A stretch of 64,000 nucleotides of DNA from Eledone cirrhosa (Eukaryota). The translations under genes were made by a program, and so were the position numbers. The stretch spans positions 67,332,001 through 67,396,000 of the forward strand of contig OZ024740.1 of the NCBI GenBank assembly GCA_964016885.1, given 5' to 3'. Each line of letters opens with the position of its first letter. The stretch's first letter is position 1. Below the pieces are notes generated by a model. That model had not been told where the DNA came from. It searched no databases and saw only the letters and a program-made list of their open reading frames with translations. Shown here piece by piece: positions 41,713 through 57,803 of the stretch.

Positions 41713-42318
41713 TATTATCCCCTCTGATTGTTTCATGTGTTTATTTTAAATATATATATATATGTCAATCAATTTCTAGTTGATATAAAATGCACGGATC
41801 TATTCACTGGAATCTTTGAGCTTATTCTATGGTGGATATGGCGCATATCTCGGACATGGCCCTTAATTTAATTTAATTTTGGATATATACACGGCCCCTT
41901 AATTGTAGAGCTAACTCAGTTGAAAGGACGCGGCTGCTATTTCTAGCTGTCGATAATCCTATTCACGCCACTGCGATGACGCTAGCACGATGTGTGTAGT
42001 TTTAGAAATACAACACGTGTGACAGGTCATTCGCAGATTTGCATTGGATGTGTAAACACAGATAGTTAAATCTTCTCCCTTGCTGAAGATTCGAATTTGA
42101 CTACTGTGAATTTACGGATTAATGGTGAAATATATTTCTTTAATGATATATATACAAGGAAGATTAATCATTTTTAAAAGGTAATATTTGAAATTCTAGT
42201 TAAACTTTCATTAGTTAGCTACCTAGCTGTGTGTGCTTACACATTTTACAAATTATCCCCTGTGATTGTTTCATGTGTTTATTTTAAATATATATATATA
42301 TGTCAATCAATTTCTAGT

Positions 42319-42325
<7 letters not shown>
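41713..42325. repeat. ~72-bp direct repeat at ~540-bp spacing
   Basis: attatcccct.tgattgtttcatgtgtttattttaaatatatatatatatgtcaatcaatttctagttgatata occurs twice. Confidence 0.85.
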
Positions 42326-42352
<27 letters not shown>

Positions 42353-42447
42353 TAGAATTATAAGCTTTCACCGTATTTTTGACTAAATACATTTTTAGCC
42401 TGATTGCCGGGTTTACAACTCTCAGATAAATTGAAAAAGATGAGTAT

Positions 42448-42518
42448 TGATGTACATGGGAGTCGAACCCACATATTTAGTTATGCAGACCACTGTGCTA
42501 CCATTACACCAACACATC
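42448..42518 (-). pseudogene. tRNA-like sequence (GCA anticodon, Cys-like) embedded in a repeat; probably a pseudo-tRNA or SINE-type head
   Basis: gatgtgt tg gtgtaatggtagcac a gtggt ctGCAta actaa atat gtggg ttcgact cccat gtacatc a; A and B boxes present, stems imperfect. Confidence 0.55.
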
Positions 42519-42574
42519 ACCCATCTCCTTCCATTCAAATTAGAAGCTACGTTCTTAGCAAGTAAATGACAAAT

Positions 42575-42610
42575 AAGCTGAGGATCCGCTGAGGTGAAAC
42601 AATTGTTCTC
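42575..42610 (+). ncRNA. Minimal hammerhead with a canonical core
   Basis: aag CTGAGGA tcc-gctga-ggt GAAA caattg TT ctc; weak stems I and II. Confidence 0.65.
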
Positions 42611-42682
42611 GGTATGATGAACTAACTGTTGTGTAACCACTTCTACCTAACTCGTCCCATGAATTGAGTGGTCTACCACTAT

Positions 42683-42824
<142 letters not shown>

Positions 42825-42894
42825 AAAAAGAGATGAAATCGAAAATGCAACTGGAGTCTTATTTTTTTTTTAAATATATATATTTATTTGGTTC

Positions 42895-42930
42895 CTTTAC
42901 CGGTTTCGCAGTTCTTCTGCTTTTCAAAAG
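42895..42930 (-). ncRNA. Minimal hammerhead, U3-A8 core variant
   Basis: ctt TTGAAAA gcag-aagaa-ctgc GAAA ccgg TA aag. Confidence 0.72.
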
Positions 42931-42980
42931 TAGAGTTGAGATGGAGGGTCTGTGATTTTTCTCAACATGTGAGAAAAACC

Positions 42981-43024
<44 letters not shown>

Positions 43025-43162
43025 CAGCAAAGAAAATTTTAAAGATACGAAATATTTCCTGATGGAAGTTCAGGTGTACTCCGGGTTGGTATTCAGTTTC
43101 GAGGTAGAAATCCAATCAGAAAATCCAACGAATTTTGAGAGGCCCACGTAAGCGTTAATATA

Positions 43163-44472
<1,310 letters not shown>

Positions 44473-45451
44473 CTGTGATTGTTGCATGTGTGTCAATAGG
44501 GCCTACTCACCAAAGTGTTATTTTGCAACAACAAGAAATTGAATAAGGTTCAGTAAGAGTCTAGAAACACTTCTCACCCCTCACACATCAAAAACATCCG
44601 TAGAAATTAGAGAACATTGCGGTCGTTAACTAAGTGATGTGCTTCAATTCATGGAACGTCTCCCACAAAATATATATTTATGAAACCCAATTCATTCATT
44701 TATATTCTTTTTTCATCACACATGTACATAACTACCATAAATATCGATAAAGTCTTGACTTAAGCTTTGTAAATGGAATTCGATATATAATTGGTAAATA
44801 CATTTTTAGTTTTCTTACGCATAAAACTAAGAATGTATTGCATGATTAGGAAATATTGTTTACAGTGGCCTTCAGGTGCAAGCAATTTGTACGATTAGAC
44901 ATTTCTAATCATTGTATTATGTTTTATTGTTCCATTTCAGTTTGTCCTAGGCATTAGGATCTAAATAAGAGATTCATCCGAAACGATTCTATTTGCTCAT
45001 CATATGACAAGATACGAGCAATATTTCAAGTCAATCAGCTGGATTATTTCTTGACGATGTCTAGCCGGGAGGTTGTTTTATGAGCAGCCACTGGCGTCAA
45101 GCGAAGCGATACATTTTAAGGACAGCATGTATAGAGGGAGCGTTGGACGTCCAACAAGCCAAGCATCAGTCTGTCACGACACTGGATGTGGTGATCACTT
45201 GAGTGACACAAAGCGCACACGAGTGTCCCTAATTATCTGCTAAGTCCTGGAGAAAATACACACCACCATCAAGAAAATAATTATTGTGGTATATGAATCT
45301 AGTGGAGTGTACAGAGAAAGATGATGAATACAGTCTTCCTCTTGCTTTCAATTGATGACTGGAACTCCTGTGCATGATTAAAATTAGTAATTTACATTAC
45401 TTCTCTTCTAAAAAAACAAAGATTTAATGTGTCTGCATGCAGCTATGTGGT

Positions 45452-45560
<109 letters not shown>

Positions 45561-46464
45561 GTGTGTGCGTGCGTGTGTGTGTGTGTGTGTGTGTGCGCGT
45601 GTGTGTGTGTACACATATATAACCACATACATGAGACACGTTAACTCGTTTTACCCGACTCGACAACATGACAATAAATGATTTTGTCAATTCCGAAAAG
45701 AAAATAATGTAGGTTCCTTGGGATTTGAACTCAGTGTAATAGAACGAAAATAAACATCGCATAACACCATTGCAATGTTTTATTTCAATCCCTTTCATCT
45801 ACTATATATATAAATATACTACCTCTTCCGCGTCAGCTAAAAAGAGGTTATATGAACCATAGAACGACTTTGGGACAATATGATTTGACTTGAGTAAATA
45901 TTGCATAGGTAAATTATAAACATTGAAAAAAAGGAAAAAAATGATTATGAGTCTCATGAAGGAGTTTAAACTTGAACTACATGTAAATGAAGCTGAAATC
46001 GATATTTTAACTAAAATGATGGCAAGAAATATTGTACATGTTTCACATTTACAATCTGCTTTCGCAGAAAGTAAATAAGATAATGAAGAAAATATTAGAT
46101 AACGTTTCTTCCTGCTAGAAATAGCAGAAACATTTTTCTCATTTCTACGTTTATTTTAAAAGAAGGAAACGCTAGGACATATTGAATCATTTAGAGCTAC
46201 GGATGTGTACACATAGATTACCCTGCGTTGTGGCAACTGGAACACTTTAGATCATATGATAGCCCTGCCAGAGCTGATATGTAATTAAATAACAAAAATA
46301 TCTTCTAATAAGGAGAACAATAATCATACACAATGAATATTTAGTTCCTAGTTCTTAAATACTGGACAATAAGCGAGCAAAACACCATTATCTCACCAAT
46401 ATGAGAAAAAGGCTTTCATAAAAGCATGCATTCGAATTAGAGAATCAAATGTTTATATGTATAT

Positions 46465-46615
46465 ATGGAAAAAGATGAGTATTGACGTACATGTACGTCA
46501 ATACTCATCTTTTTCCATTTAATTGAGGGTTCTAAACCCCCTTATCAGACTAAAATTCCTTTAGTCGAAAAATACGGTGACAGCTATTCTATTTTCTAAT
46601 TTCAAACCTAATCAA
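46465..46615. repeat. Perfect ~54-bp palindrome (46465-46518) heading an inverted partial copy of the 42348-42457 repeat
   Basis: atggaaaaagatgagtattgacgtacatgtacgtcaatactcatctttttccat. Confidence 0.85.
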
Positions 46616-46637
46616 TGTTTCAAAACATACTTACTTG

Positions 46638-46700
<63 letters not shown>

Positions 46701-46855
46701 CATATATAAATAGGATTTAGCTTCAAGCATAGCTGTATACAGATATGTATAGAAATTTCGTATTTCTAAAGAAACATGATATTTAGGAAGCCATAGATAT
46801 GCAAACACCGGGGCTAACGCCCTCTGGTGGTGTCCAGCGGAAGCAAGGGGGACAA

Positions 46856-46897
46856 CCATCTATGCATTTCAGACTTGACTGGTCTTCATCAGTACGG
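46856..46897 (-). ncRNA. Minimal type-I hammerhead with a canonical core
   Basis: ccgta CTGATGA agac-cagtcaa-gtct GAAA tgca TA gatgg. Confidence 0.8.
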
Positions 46898-47362
46898 TCC
46901 CTCCCACACTTAACATGTAAGTGCGACCATTGGTTTCGGGGATCAATATGGCCAGCGCTATAGTGTAGACGGGGGCGATGGAATCATTTCTGAAGTGGGT
47001 GGGGGCAGGGGTCAAAGTTAGACAATTTAGTTGTAATCATTTGTGTAGGTGTTTGCACTCTAACATGGTCAGAAAACATCGACATGCGATAAACATAAAT
47101 TGTAGCGCATACAATTGCTATGTACATACATTTTAGCGCATATCCAAATGGATGTGTGTTTTGGTAGTTTTGGGAGGAAATAGAATTATTGGAGGGGGGC
47201 ATGCTCCAGTTCAACCGCCACTGTATATATATATATAATTAGAAAAATATTATGCTCTGTGCCTTTTCCTATATCGACCATCTTCTCATTTAGTAAGAAA
47301 CTGGTATTATACCCAATTTATTCATCTCCTATATGTAGACACACACACACACATCTATCTAT

Positions 47363-47406
<44 letters not shown>

Positions 47407-47414
47407 ATATATAT

Positions 47415-48279
47415 TGGGGGTTGGTCCGCAGCAAGTGCGACGACGCGCTCGGAGAAACTCTAGGCGTAGAGGAGGACGAACTGGCCAGTCTGTTCGGTAG
47501 GACTTTCCGCCCGGGACCAATGGACAACTTCCAAAAGTCCCTGGCCTGGCAGTGCTACCGAGGAGCTCTACCAGTTCGAGACAAGCTCTACAGACACGGG
47601 CGCCCGGGCAGGGACCTTTCGAAAAAGATCAGTCCGAGGTACGTGAGCGACGAGGAAACCGTTGCGCACGCATTTGTACACTGCTGGGCGTTACCGACCT
47701 GTGGGGCTATGTAGAACGACTATTGTCGCGGGTGGGACCAATCCAGTTGACCTCTGAGTCCATTGTCATGATCAAACCGCTATCCTTCTTCAAAAACGAG
47801 GGAGAGGCGGTTTTCCTATGTGTTATGGCTATGGTGAAAGAGGTTATATGGTAGACAAGGTTAAAAGGGCTGAGGTCAGTCACCTTCCTCTCCGGCGAGC
47901 AACTGATTCGTTTTTTCAAATATCATTTTGGAAGAAGAATCAGGATGGAGAGAGAGGTGCTGTACCCCAGCAAATTTTATAAAAGGTGGGTGAATGTGGC
48001 AAAGATGGCCCGAGTGGTTGGGCCTTCTCTCTATACAAGTCTGTAGGTTGAGGAAAAAGAGGAAGAGAGGAAGGGAGTACTCACTCTTGGTGCTCATGGA
48101 GATGAGGGTTGAACATTTTTTCGGGGTGTGTACAACCCCTGTGTAACGCCTCACCCCTATTGGGGATTTCAATTGTTATTTGTTATTTTATTAATAGTTT
48201 TATTTTCATATACCGGCATGTAAACTCCCCATTTGTATTTGTCCCCTTCTTTTGTGCCCTTGTGGCTAATAAAGAAATG
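47415..48279 (+). mobile_element. 5'-truncated Tx1-clade LINE (third family) with a 19-bp TSD in (TATC)n/(TA)n
   Basis: GLVRSKCDDALGETLG..MDNFQKSLAWQCYRGALPVRDKLYRHG; 3' end cccttgtggctAATAAAgaaatg; tatctatctatatatatat at 47396-47414 and 48280-48298. Confidence 0.9.
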
Positions 48280-48779
48280 TATCTATCTATATATATATAC
48301 ATTTATTATGGCTATTGGTGAGCTTTGTTATTCTAAAGTTTCACCTGCACATTCACAGGGTCACCAGTCTTATCTGGTGAGTACGCAGGTGAAACTCCAG
48401 AGTAATAAGGTTTAACCATAATGAATGAATATTTAAACTCTACTTCGGTATTGAGTTTTCATTCTTACGTCCGTCAATAATTCACGTACTCTCAATCTTG
48501 AATAATCATCTGCACCAACGGCTTAATGATTTGTCAGATTTTTCTACCCACCCAAGTTTTTATTTGATATCCACACCACAACTGCTTATTAAACTGTAGT
48601 AATCTATCTCCAGCGAATTTACTTTTTGTAAGTGATTCATATTGATATAGCAGCTTGAAAATGTAATAATGATTTTATTTTACAAAAAAAACACATTGTA
48701 TTTGACAAAAGAAGAACATTACAAGAAATGTAATGTTACAGCAAACTTTCCCAGACTCTAATACACGCAGTATGCGCAA

Positions 48780-49660
48780 CTCTCTAACAACCCCCTCTCC
48801 ATATCAAGTAACACCAAACACACTCACTCTCTTTATCTAATACACGAACTTCTCTTTCAAACCCCTTCTCTATATCAATTTACACCAAACTCTCCATGTC
48901 TCTATATGTACTACACGGTACTCTCTTCCATTAACCTTCTTTATATCAATTAGTACCAAACTCTCCCCCTCCCTCCATCTACTACTGGAAACTCTATACC
49001 AATCAATACTCCTCTCAATATAAATAAACATGAATCTCTCCCCTCTCATATCTAATGTACAATACACTCTCCCAAACCCCTTCACTGTATCATTTACCAT
49101 AAAAATATCCCCCTCTCTATATCAACCATACACCACTTTCTCTCATCCCCTCTCACTCTATCTATCACTACCAGACTCTCCCCCTCTCCACTCTATTCAT
49201 TATCATCAACCCTCCCCCTCTCTATATCAACCATACAACATACTCTCTATATCAATTAACACCAAACTCTCCCCTCTCTATATCTAATATACAGTACTCT
49301 TTTACATTACACCTCTCTGAATCAATTAGCACGAATCTCTCTCCCTCTCTACATCTACTACAGGGAACTCTCTTCGAATACCCCTCTCTATATCAATAAA
49401 CACAATCTCTCCCACTCTCTATAACAATAAGCAACAATCTCTCCCCCTCTTTATATCAATAAACAACAATCACTCCCCATCTCTATATCTAGTATACAAG
49501 ACACTCTCCCAAACCCCCCTCACTACATCAATTACCACAAAACTATCCTCCTCTCTATAACTACCATACAACACTCTCTCTCTCATTCCCTCTTTATCCT
49601 TCGCTACGAAACTCTCCCTCTCTCTATATCTATATCTACCACTCCCATCTCTCACTACAT
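48780..49660. repeat. Degenerate ~27-30-bp minisatellite (ctctcccctctctatatcaatta.cacc.aa-like)
   Basis: Recurrent ctctcccc-tctctatatcaa motifs. Confidence 0.75.
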
Positions 49661-49959
49661 AACATGTACATAAATTGTAGCCCGTATACATATACATAGA
49701 TGTATTGGTAGTTTGATGAGTTATATAAAATTATTGGGTGTGGGGCATAGCTTCCCTGGCTACCCGTATTTCACAGCCCTTGGTGGAGGAGGCTTTTCAA
49801 GAATGGCCCCTCCTCGAGCAGTCGGACAAAAATAATTTTGTCATGTTAAATATATGAAACATTATTTATACTAAAGAAGCTCTTTGCAATAGATTGAGTG
49901 TTATATTCCTTGACTTTTTATCTACGGATATCCTAAACATCACACACATACATATATGT

Positions 49960-50091
<132 letters not shown>

Positions 50092-50095
50092 ATAT

Positions 50096-51223
50096 ACAAA
50101 TGAATATATGATAGGGATAAATACTCATACAAGTATACATGTGTTTGCATTGCAAATTACCAAGTTAGCTAGATTGATAAATATAAATTAAAATAATACG
50201 GTTTGCCTGTCTCGATTTAAAATAATAAATCAATAAAAACAAACCTATATTGGCAATAGCCGTGATACCCGGACAATTTTTTAATTTTAAATTTGTTTCG
50301 CAACAATTAAGTGAAAGTTCCTATTCCTGTGCTCTTCTGCAGGTATCCAGAAATTGCTAAGTTTCCCTTCAAAATACTTAAGAAGACTGAGAGAAATGTG
50401 TTGTTGAACGCACATGTGTCACAGCGCCTAGCTTGTTTCATACTCGTGCCGCTAAAAATAGCAGCCGGTTTTATGGGACTAAAAATTAGCTCACGTATGG
50501 AACCGAGAATATTATGCATAGAGTTATAAACTCAAATAGTCTTTTACAATTAAATAGCTCAAAGAAAGGAATATTTCTGAGCCGTGTAATACAAATGAAT
50601 ATATGAGAGGAATAAACACTGATACAAGTAAACATGTGTTTGCATTGCAAATGACCAAGTTAGCTAGATTGAAAAATACTAATTAAAATAATACGGTTTG
50701 CCTGTCTCGATTTAAAATAATAAATCAATAAAAACAAACCTATATTGGTAATAGCCGTGATACCTGGACAACTTTTTAATTTTAAATTTTAAATTTGTTT
50801 CGCAACAATTAAGTGAAAGTTCCTATTCCTGTGCTCTTCTGCAGGTATCCAGAAATTGCTAAGTTTCACTTCAAAATACTTAAGAAGACTGAGAGAAATG
50901 TGTTGTTGAACGCACATGTGTCACAGCGCCTAGCTTGTCTCATACTCGTGCCGCTAAAAATAGCAGCCGGTTTTATGGGACTAAAAATTAGCTCACTTAT
51001 GGAGCCGAGAATATTATGTATAGAGTTATAAACTGAAATAGTCTTTTACTATTAAATAGCTCAAATAAAGGAATTCTAGCTAACTTAGTCATTTGCAATG
51101 AAAACACATGTATACTTGTATCAGTATTTATCCCTATCATATATTCATTTGTATTACACGGCTCAGAAATATTCCTTTCTTTGAGCTATTTAATTGTAAA
51201 AGACTATTTGAGTTTATAACTCT
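50096..51223. repeat. Two ~500-bp tandem units (50096-50590, 50591-51075) followed by an inverted ~150-bp junction copy (51076-51223), embedded in (TA)n
   Basis: Near-identical ORFs at 50311 and 50813; 51076-51223 is the reverse complement of ~50520-50668. Confidence 0.92.
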
Positions 51224-51229
51224 ATATAT

Positions 51230-51278
<49 letters not shown>

Positions 51279-51562
51279 GATTATATGTGATGTATATTGT
51301 ATGGTATATATTATATGTATTATGTGTTATGTATGATGTCGACGCGATGGTCCAGGTTAGTCAAATGTTTCCAGAGTTCAGTCTTTTTCGTGGCTATGGT
51401 CACTGTGCCCTTCATTCTGCCACTGTCTTCATTTTGCAAAGCTGCCTAAACGTAATGTTATAACTCAATGGTTATATACCCTATTGAGTGCTTAGAAGCA
51501 CACCGTGATTGCATTCGTTAGCTTTCCTGCAACCAGAGCTTCGGTGATGCTGTACTAAATTT

Positions 51563-51624
<62 letters not shown>

Positions 51625-52493
51625 CATACATATATATATATTTACGCACACATATATATATATATATATATATATAAACATGTATCTATCTATAAATCTC
51701 TCTCTCTCGCTTTCTATGTGTGTGTAGGTGGGTGTATTCATATGTAAGTATACAGTGTAAGTAGTGAAATGGATGATGTTCATATCTCCCTAGTCACCAA
51801 GGGATTTGTGTTGCCTTTGGTAAATACAGTTTGACAATCTCTGATTGGGCGAAATATTATCTGAAGCCACAATGATTTGTAAAGTTTATCTCTCGCCTGA
51901 AGTCTTGAAATAAAGAAATCTGGTGAGAAAATGTGAAAATAAATTGTTAAGGATGAAATGTGAGAGATAAATATGATGACGAGGTTAATGTATTTATTGT
52001 TTATTTTTGCTTTAATCTGCATTTTAACGTTTACCATTTCGTTTTAGAACCGGAGAGTGATAATGTGATCATCATAATATGCGAGTGAGATTGTTGATGT
52101 CACTATGAATATCTAATGTAGATTTCGTATGACTAATGATACGTAAAAAAAGAAGACGTTGATGCAGAGTGCATTCATATGATTAAGTCCATCCGTGTGT
52201 CCATGTGTTTTTGAGTGCTTGTGTGCGTGCGTACGTGCGTGTGTGTGTGTGTGTATGTGTGTGCTTGTAAGAATCCGGGAAATAAAGTCACATTTACTGT
52301 AAATTCTCTACAAAAGACGTAATTTATTTTCAAAAGTGGAAAGGCATATATAAATGGAAAGTGAGAAGCCACCGAAAACACATTTTATTATAACGTGTGG
52401 CATTTCATGTGAATTATTTTACTGTAATATTATTTCCTTTCACTATATATGTGTATATATATTTGTGTGTGTGTGTGTGTGTGAGTGTGTATA

Positions 52494-53199
52494 TCACTCG
52501 CTTTACGCGATTCACTTGTCCCAATAGCTTTTTTTAGTTATTGTTCGCACCAACCTGAGGTATATGATTTGTAATGCGATGAAATACCAATGATGGTTGG
52601 CAAATCACTGACGAGGGACTAATTTTATCATATGTAACCCTTGTGCAACCACGCAGTATTTCTCTTTCTTCTCATGTTTTTTTTACATATTTACCTCGGC
52701 TGCGTTTGTCTGTTTCTCTCTTACTGCTCCCCCGTTCTCTCTGTTTCTCTCACCTTCTTTCGCCCCCTCTGTCAGTTACACTTTCTCTCGACTGACCTCT
52801 TCCTCGCACTTCCACTCATTCACTCTCTGTTTCTCCCCTTCTCACTTCCTCCCGTTTGGCTAGTAGTGGGGTCCTTTCTTGCTCACATCTCACTCACGTC
52901 GGACGGTCTGTATTTTGATCGCTCATGAAATCCACCCAGCTTATGCTGACCGGATAACCATGTTGCTTGATTTTTTCCTATCTTCGGTTTGCTTTTATCC
53001 TTCTATGTTGTTTACTTGTCTCACTCGCTTTACGCGATTCACTTGCCCAATAGCTTTTTATAGTTATTGCTCGCACCAACCTGAGGTATATGATTTTTAA
53101 TGCGATGAAATACCAATGATGGTTGGCAAATCACTGACGAGGGACTAATTTTATCATATGTAACCCATGTGCAACCACGGAGTATTCCTCTTTCTTCTC

Positions 53200-53205
<6 letters not shown>
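52494..53205. repeat. ~185-bp direct repeat at ~527-bp spacing (pseudo-LTR-like arrangement)
   Basis: tcactcgctttacgcgattcacttg...cactgacgagggactaattttatcatatgtaaccc..ctcatgtttt occurs twice. Confidence 0.88.
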
Positions 53206-53292
<87 letters not shown>

Positions 53293-53361
53293 ATATATAT
53301 ATATATATATGGCGGGGGATTTGTATGCGTGTGTTTGTGTATGTATATATATATGATAGCA

Positions 53362-54182
53362 ATAATAGTTTCTGATTTAGGCACAAGGTTCACAATTTTG
53401 GGGTGAAGGGAAAGTCGATTACATCAACTCTAGTTTGTTACTGGTCCTTTAGTTTATCGCCCCGTAAGGATGAAAGACAAAGCTAACCATGATTTGAACT
53501 GAGAATGTAAAAAGCCGTAACTATAGCCGCAATGCCTAATATCCGACGCCTTAACGACACTACCAATACAAATCGTGATCAATCAACGAATACATTGTGC
53601 TTGATTTCTGTGGTAAGTTGCAATTTGAATCGCTTCTCTACCTTTTGTTCACACACAATGACAAGACATATCCAACATCTAAATGGTCAGTAGTATAATA
53701 GCTGTTATCTTTAAATATCTGCCTAATTATTTGTCAAGACTACAACACTTTTTGTATTGATAGTTTGTTAATGTAAATATAATGTCTGTCTTCAAATGAG
53801 GGAATCTATAATATCTAACGATCTATCGATCTATCTAAATATATGTTTATTTATCTGGAATGTCTAAAATTGTTCGAAATGTTTTAGGAGTTCTACTTCA
53901 AGCTTGCTTCTCATCATGTGAACAACTACAAAGGGAGTTTCGGAATTGTAAATGCGAAGATAGTCTGAGTCGGATGAAGTTCATTTTCTTCCATTCTCTG
54001 TATTCTGAAAGCTAGTCATTGTACGCCCTTTATGATCTGAGTTCAAATCCCGCCGAGGTTAACTTTTCCTTTCACCCTTTCGGGGTCGGTAAAATAAAGT
54101 ACCAGTCACGCACTGGAGCCGATTTAATCGACTTCCGCCTCGCCGAAATTGCTGGCCTTGTGCCTATATAAGGAACCATTAT
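53362..54182. mobile_element. Two SINE copies (53362-53570 minus; 54020-54182 plus)
   Basis: Family consensus. Confidence 0.85.
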
Positions 54183-54857
54183 TTGTTCTCACACACACAC
54201 ACACATGCACACACATAGGCATACACAGACACACAGACACACACTCACATACACACACACACCAACACATTCGCATATATACTTATACAGAGATACGAGT
54301 GAGAGATGTGTATATATATATATGTGTGTGTGTATGTGTAAGTTTGTGTGAGGGAGAGACAAAAATAAAGAAACTAAGCAAATATACATGATAGTATATA
54401 TGAGTTCAACTATATAAGTTCAAAATTCTTACGAAACAATTCAACTTAATATGAGACACGAAAAGGCAAGGAGGGGGCATTCTATGGAAGCTGATAGGCA
54501 GATCTTCAATCTGACTATGATATTAGTATAAATGAAATACCAATAGTAATTCTGCACGAATGATGGATGTGAAAGAAGACACCGAAAATGGGGTTGTCTG
54601 GATTATTTATATTAAAGATATCTGAAGGCTGGTATCATATAACTATATTGGTAGCATGTGTGAAACGAGTGATGTTGGGTGATATACAATTGATGGATTA
54701 GTATAATGCATATATAAACACATCTGTGTGCGCACATATTGAGAACTAAAGGGTTGGTGGAGGACGTCTAGTTAGTTAGCTTGATTTTCAAGCTTGGCAG
54801 AATGGTGCATATGTAGGTTGATATTTGAGTGGTATAGAGTTAAGTATTTAAATAGAG

Positions 54858-54858
54858 T

Positions 54859-54930
<72 letters not shown>
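54858..54930. repeat. (GTA)n microsatellite
   Basis: Direct reading. Confidence 0.97.
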
Positions 54931-55142
54931 TATATATACAGAGACAGTGAGAGAGAATTATTGATATTATGATGACTCTTTATTGCCTAGTTTTAATAAG
55001 CCTGTGACGTCGTTGAAACTTCGAGGTAAACATTTAACTTTAATAGCTAATACGATATTGGCTCTGTATATGGTATAATATGAATCCTTAATTCAGTGTA
55101 TCTTTAATCTTTAATGTGTTATCACGAAAGACCATAAAACAA

Positions 55143-55906
<764 letters not shown>

Positions 55907-56490
55907 TGAGGGGAGACATAGACTAACAAACAGAATGTTGTAATAATAATATTATTAATAATAATGGGGTTAACACACGCGCGCGCGCACATATACACAC
56001 ACAACGAGTCAGATCGTTTGATAGAGTAAGTGACATATGTGATGTCCCTGTGTATTTTATTATATCAACAGTTTCTATTCAACAGTGTTCCCTACATCAA
56101 ATTCCAGTAGTTTTCTCTCATTGGATATTATTAAAATATTTACGCAATGAAGAGGAGAGAGAAGGGACAGGAGGTACTGCGACAAACTAACAGTGGCATT
56201 TGTGTTTTTGCTATACTAATGCCAATAACCAAAATTCCTATCTCTTTAAGCTTACACTGACCTTCAACCTAGCACGTATTGCTTAACTGTGTTGGGAGTG
56301 CTATGTGGTCTGTGTGTGTGTTGTAAATTATATGTGTATTTGTAAGTACGTATGCGCATGTGTAGGTGTGTTGTGTGGTGTTGCTTTAAAGAAATCAAAA
56401 TAATCATATGTTTTCACCTAAGTGCAAAAACGTTTGTTGTGTACATGTGTCTAGTTTGAGATCTTGTTATATATATATATATAAATATAC

Positions 56491-56575
<85 letters not shown>

Positions 56576-56880
56576 TGTGAGTGTGCGTGTGAGTGTGAGT
56601 TTGGATTGGCTTATGTGTGTTTGTCTGTGTGTAATTGTGTTTGTGTGAGTGCGTATGTTTGAAAGAGATAGAAAGACTGTAAGTTGTGTGAGAGAATGAA
56701 GAGAACTGGTGTCACGTTTTATATTCTTATACACGGATAGCAAAACATTAAGCACACACAAATGGGCATAAGTAAATACTCTAGACACACGCGCACACAC
56801 ACACACACACACACGCACACACACACGCACACGCACACACACACACACACACACACTTATATGTATAATATATATATATA

Positions 56881-56911
<31 letters not shown>

Positions 56912-57289
56912 ATAGCCATATAAATACATTTATACATACATTCAAAGAGATACACACACATACACTCACACACACCTTCCCACACCCATATATGTGTATG
57001 TATGTGTATATACGTGTGAATGTGCGTAGCTATGTATACATTTAACTGTAATACATTATACATTGCACATATTCAGAGTTAAAAATGTGTACTTAGCTTG
57101 TTTTGTAAATGTCAATGTATATCTAACTATGCGCCTATGTGCTTGCGTGAGTGAGTTTTTGAATGTGAAGGTGCGCGCGTGTGTGTGTGTGAGTGTGTGT
57201 GTATGTATGTGTACGTACGTGTTTGTATACTATTTAAAACAGTAACGAATAAATCTCCAAAATGGCTGACTGAACAAACGTGCTTTTAC

Positions 57290-57472
57290 TCGAATTTTCC
57301 TTTTCCTTTTCTATCCTCTGCCTACACTCAATATTTTGTTTAAATCTTTCATTTCTTATTCTATTTTAAGATGAAAGACTAGTATTCGAAACGTTAGGAA
57401 TATTTTCCTACTATATCAAGCGTTAAACTAATATATTTTTGTATCATTCTGTGTTGTTTCAGTTTATCTTTT
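57290..57472 (+). mobile_element. PLE pseudo-LTR fragment with a decayed hammerhead (family of 43262/44250)
   Basis: aagatgaaagactagtattcGAAAcgtTAggaatattttcctactatatcaagcgttaaactaatata. Confidence 0.6.
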
Positions 57473-57503
57473 GGCATATATATATATATATAATTATATG
57501 TGT

Positions 57504-57750
<247 letters not shown>

Positions 57751-57766
57751 TGCGTGTACGTATTAT

Positions 57767-57803
<37 letters not shown>

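Noticed and set aside
42448-42518. Functional tRNA-Cys gene
   Set aside because: Mismatched anticodon and acceptor stems and location within a repeat; kept only as tRNA-like
48780-49660. CRISPR-like periodicity
   Set aside because: Degenerate eukaryotic minisatellite with no unique spacers and no cas genes
50307-51031. Duplicated 72-aa ORFs
   Set aside because: GTG start, no motif; they simply reflect the 500-bp tandem unit
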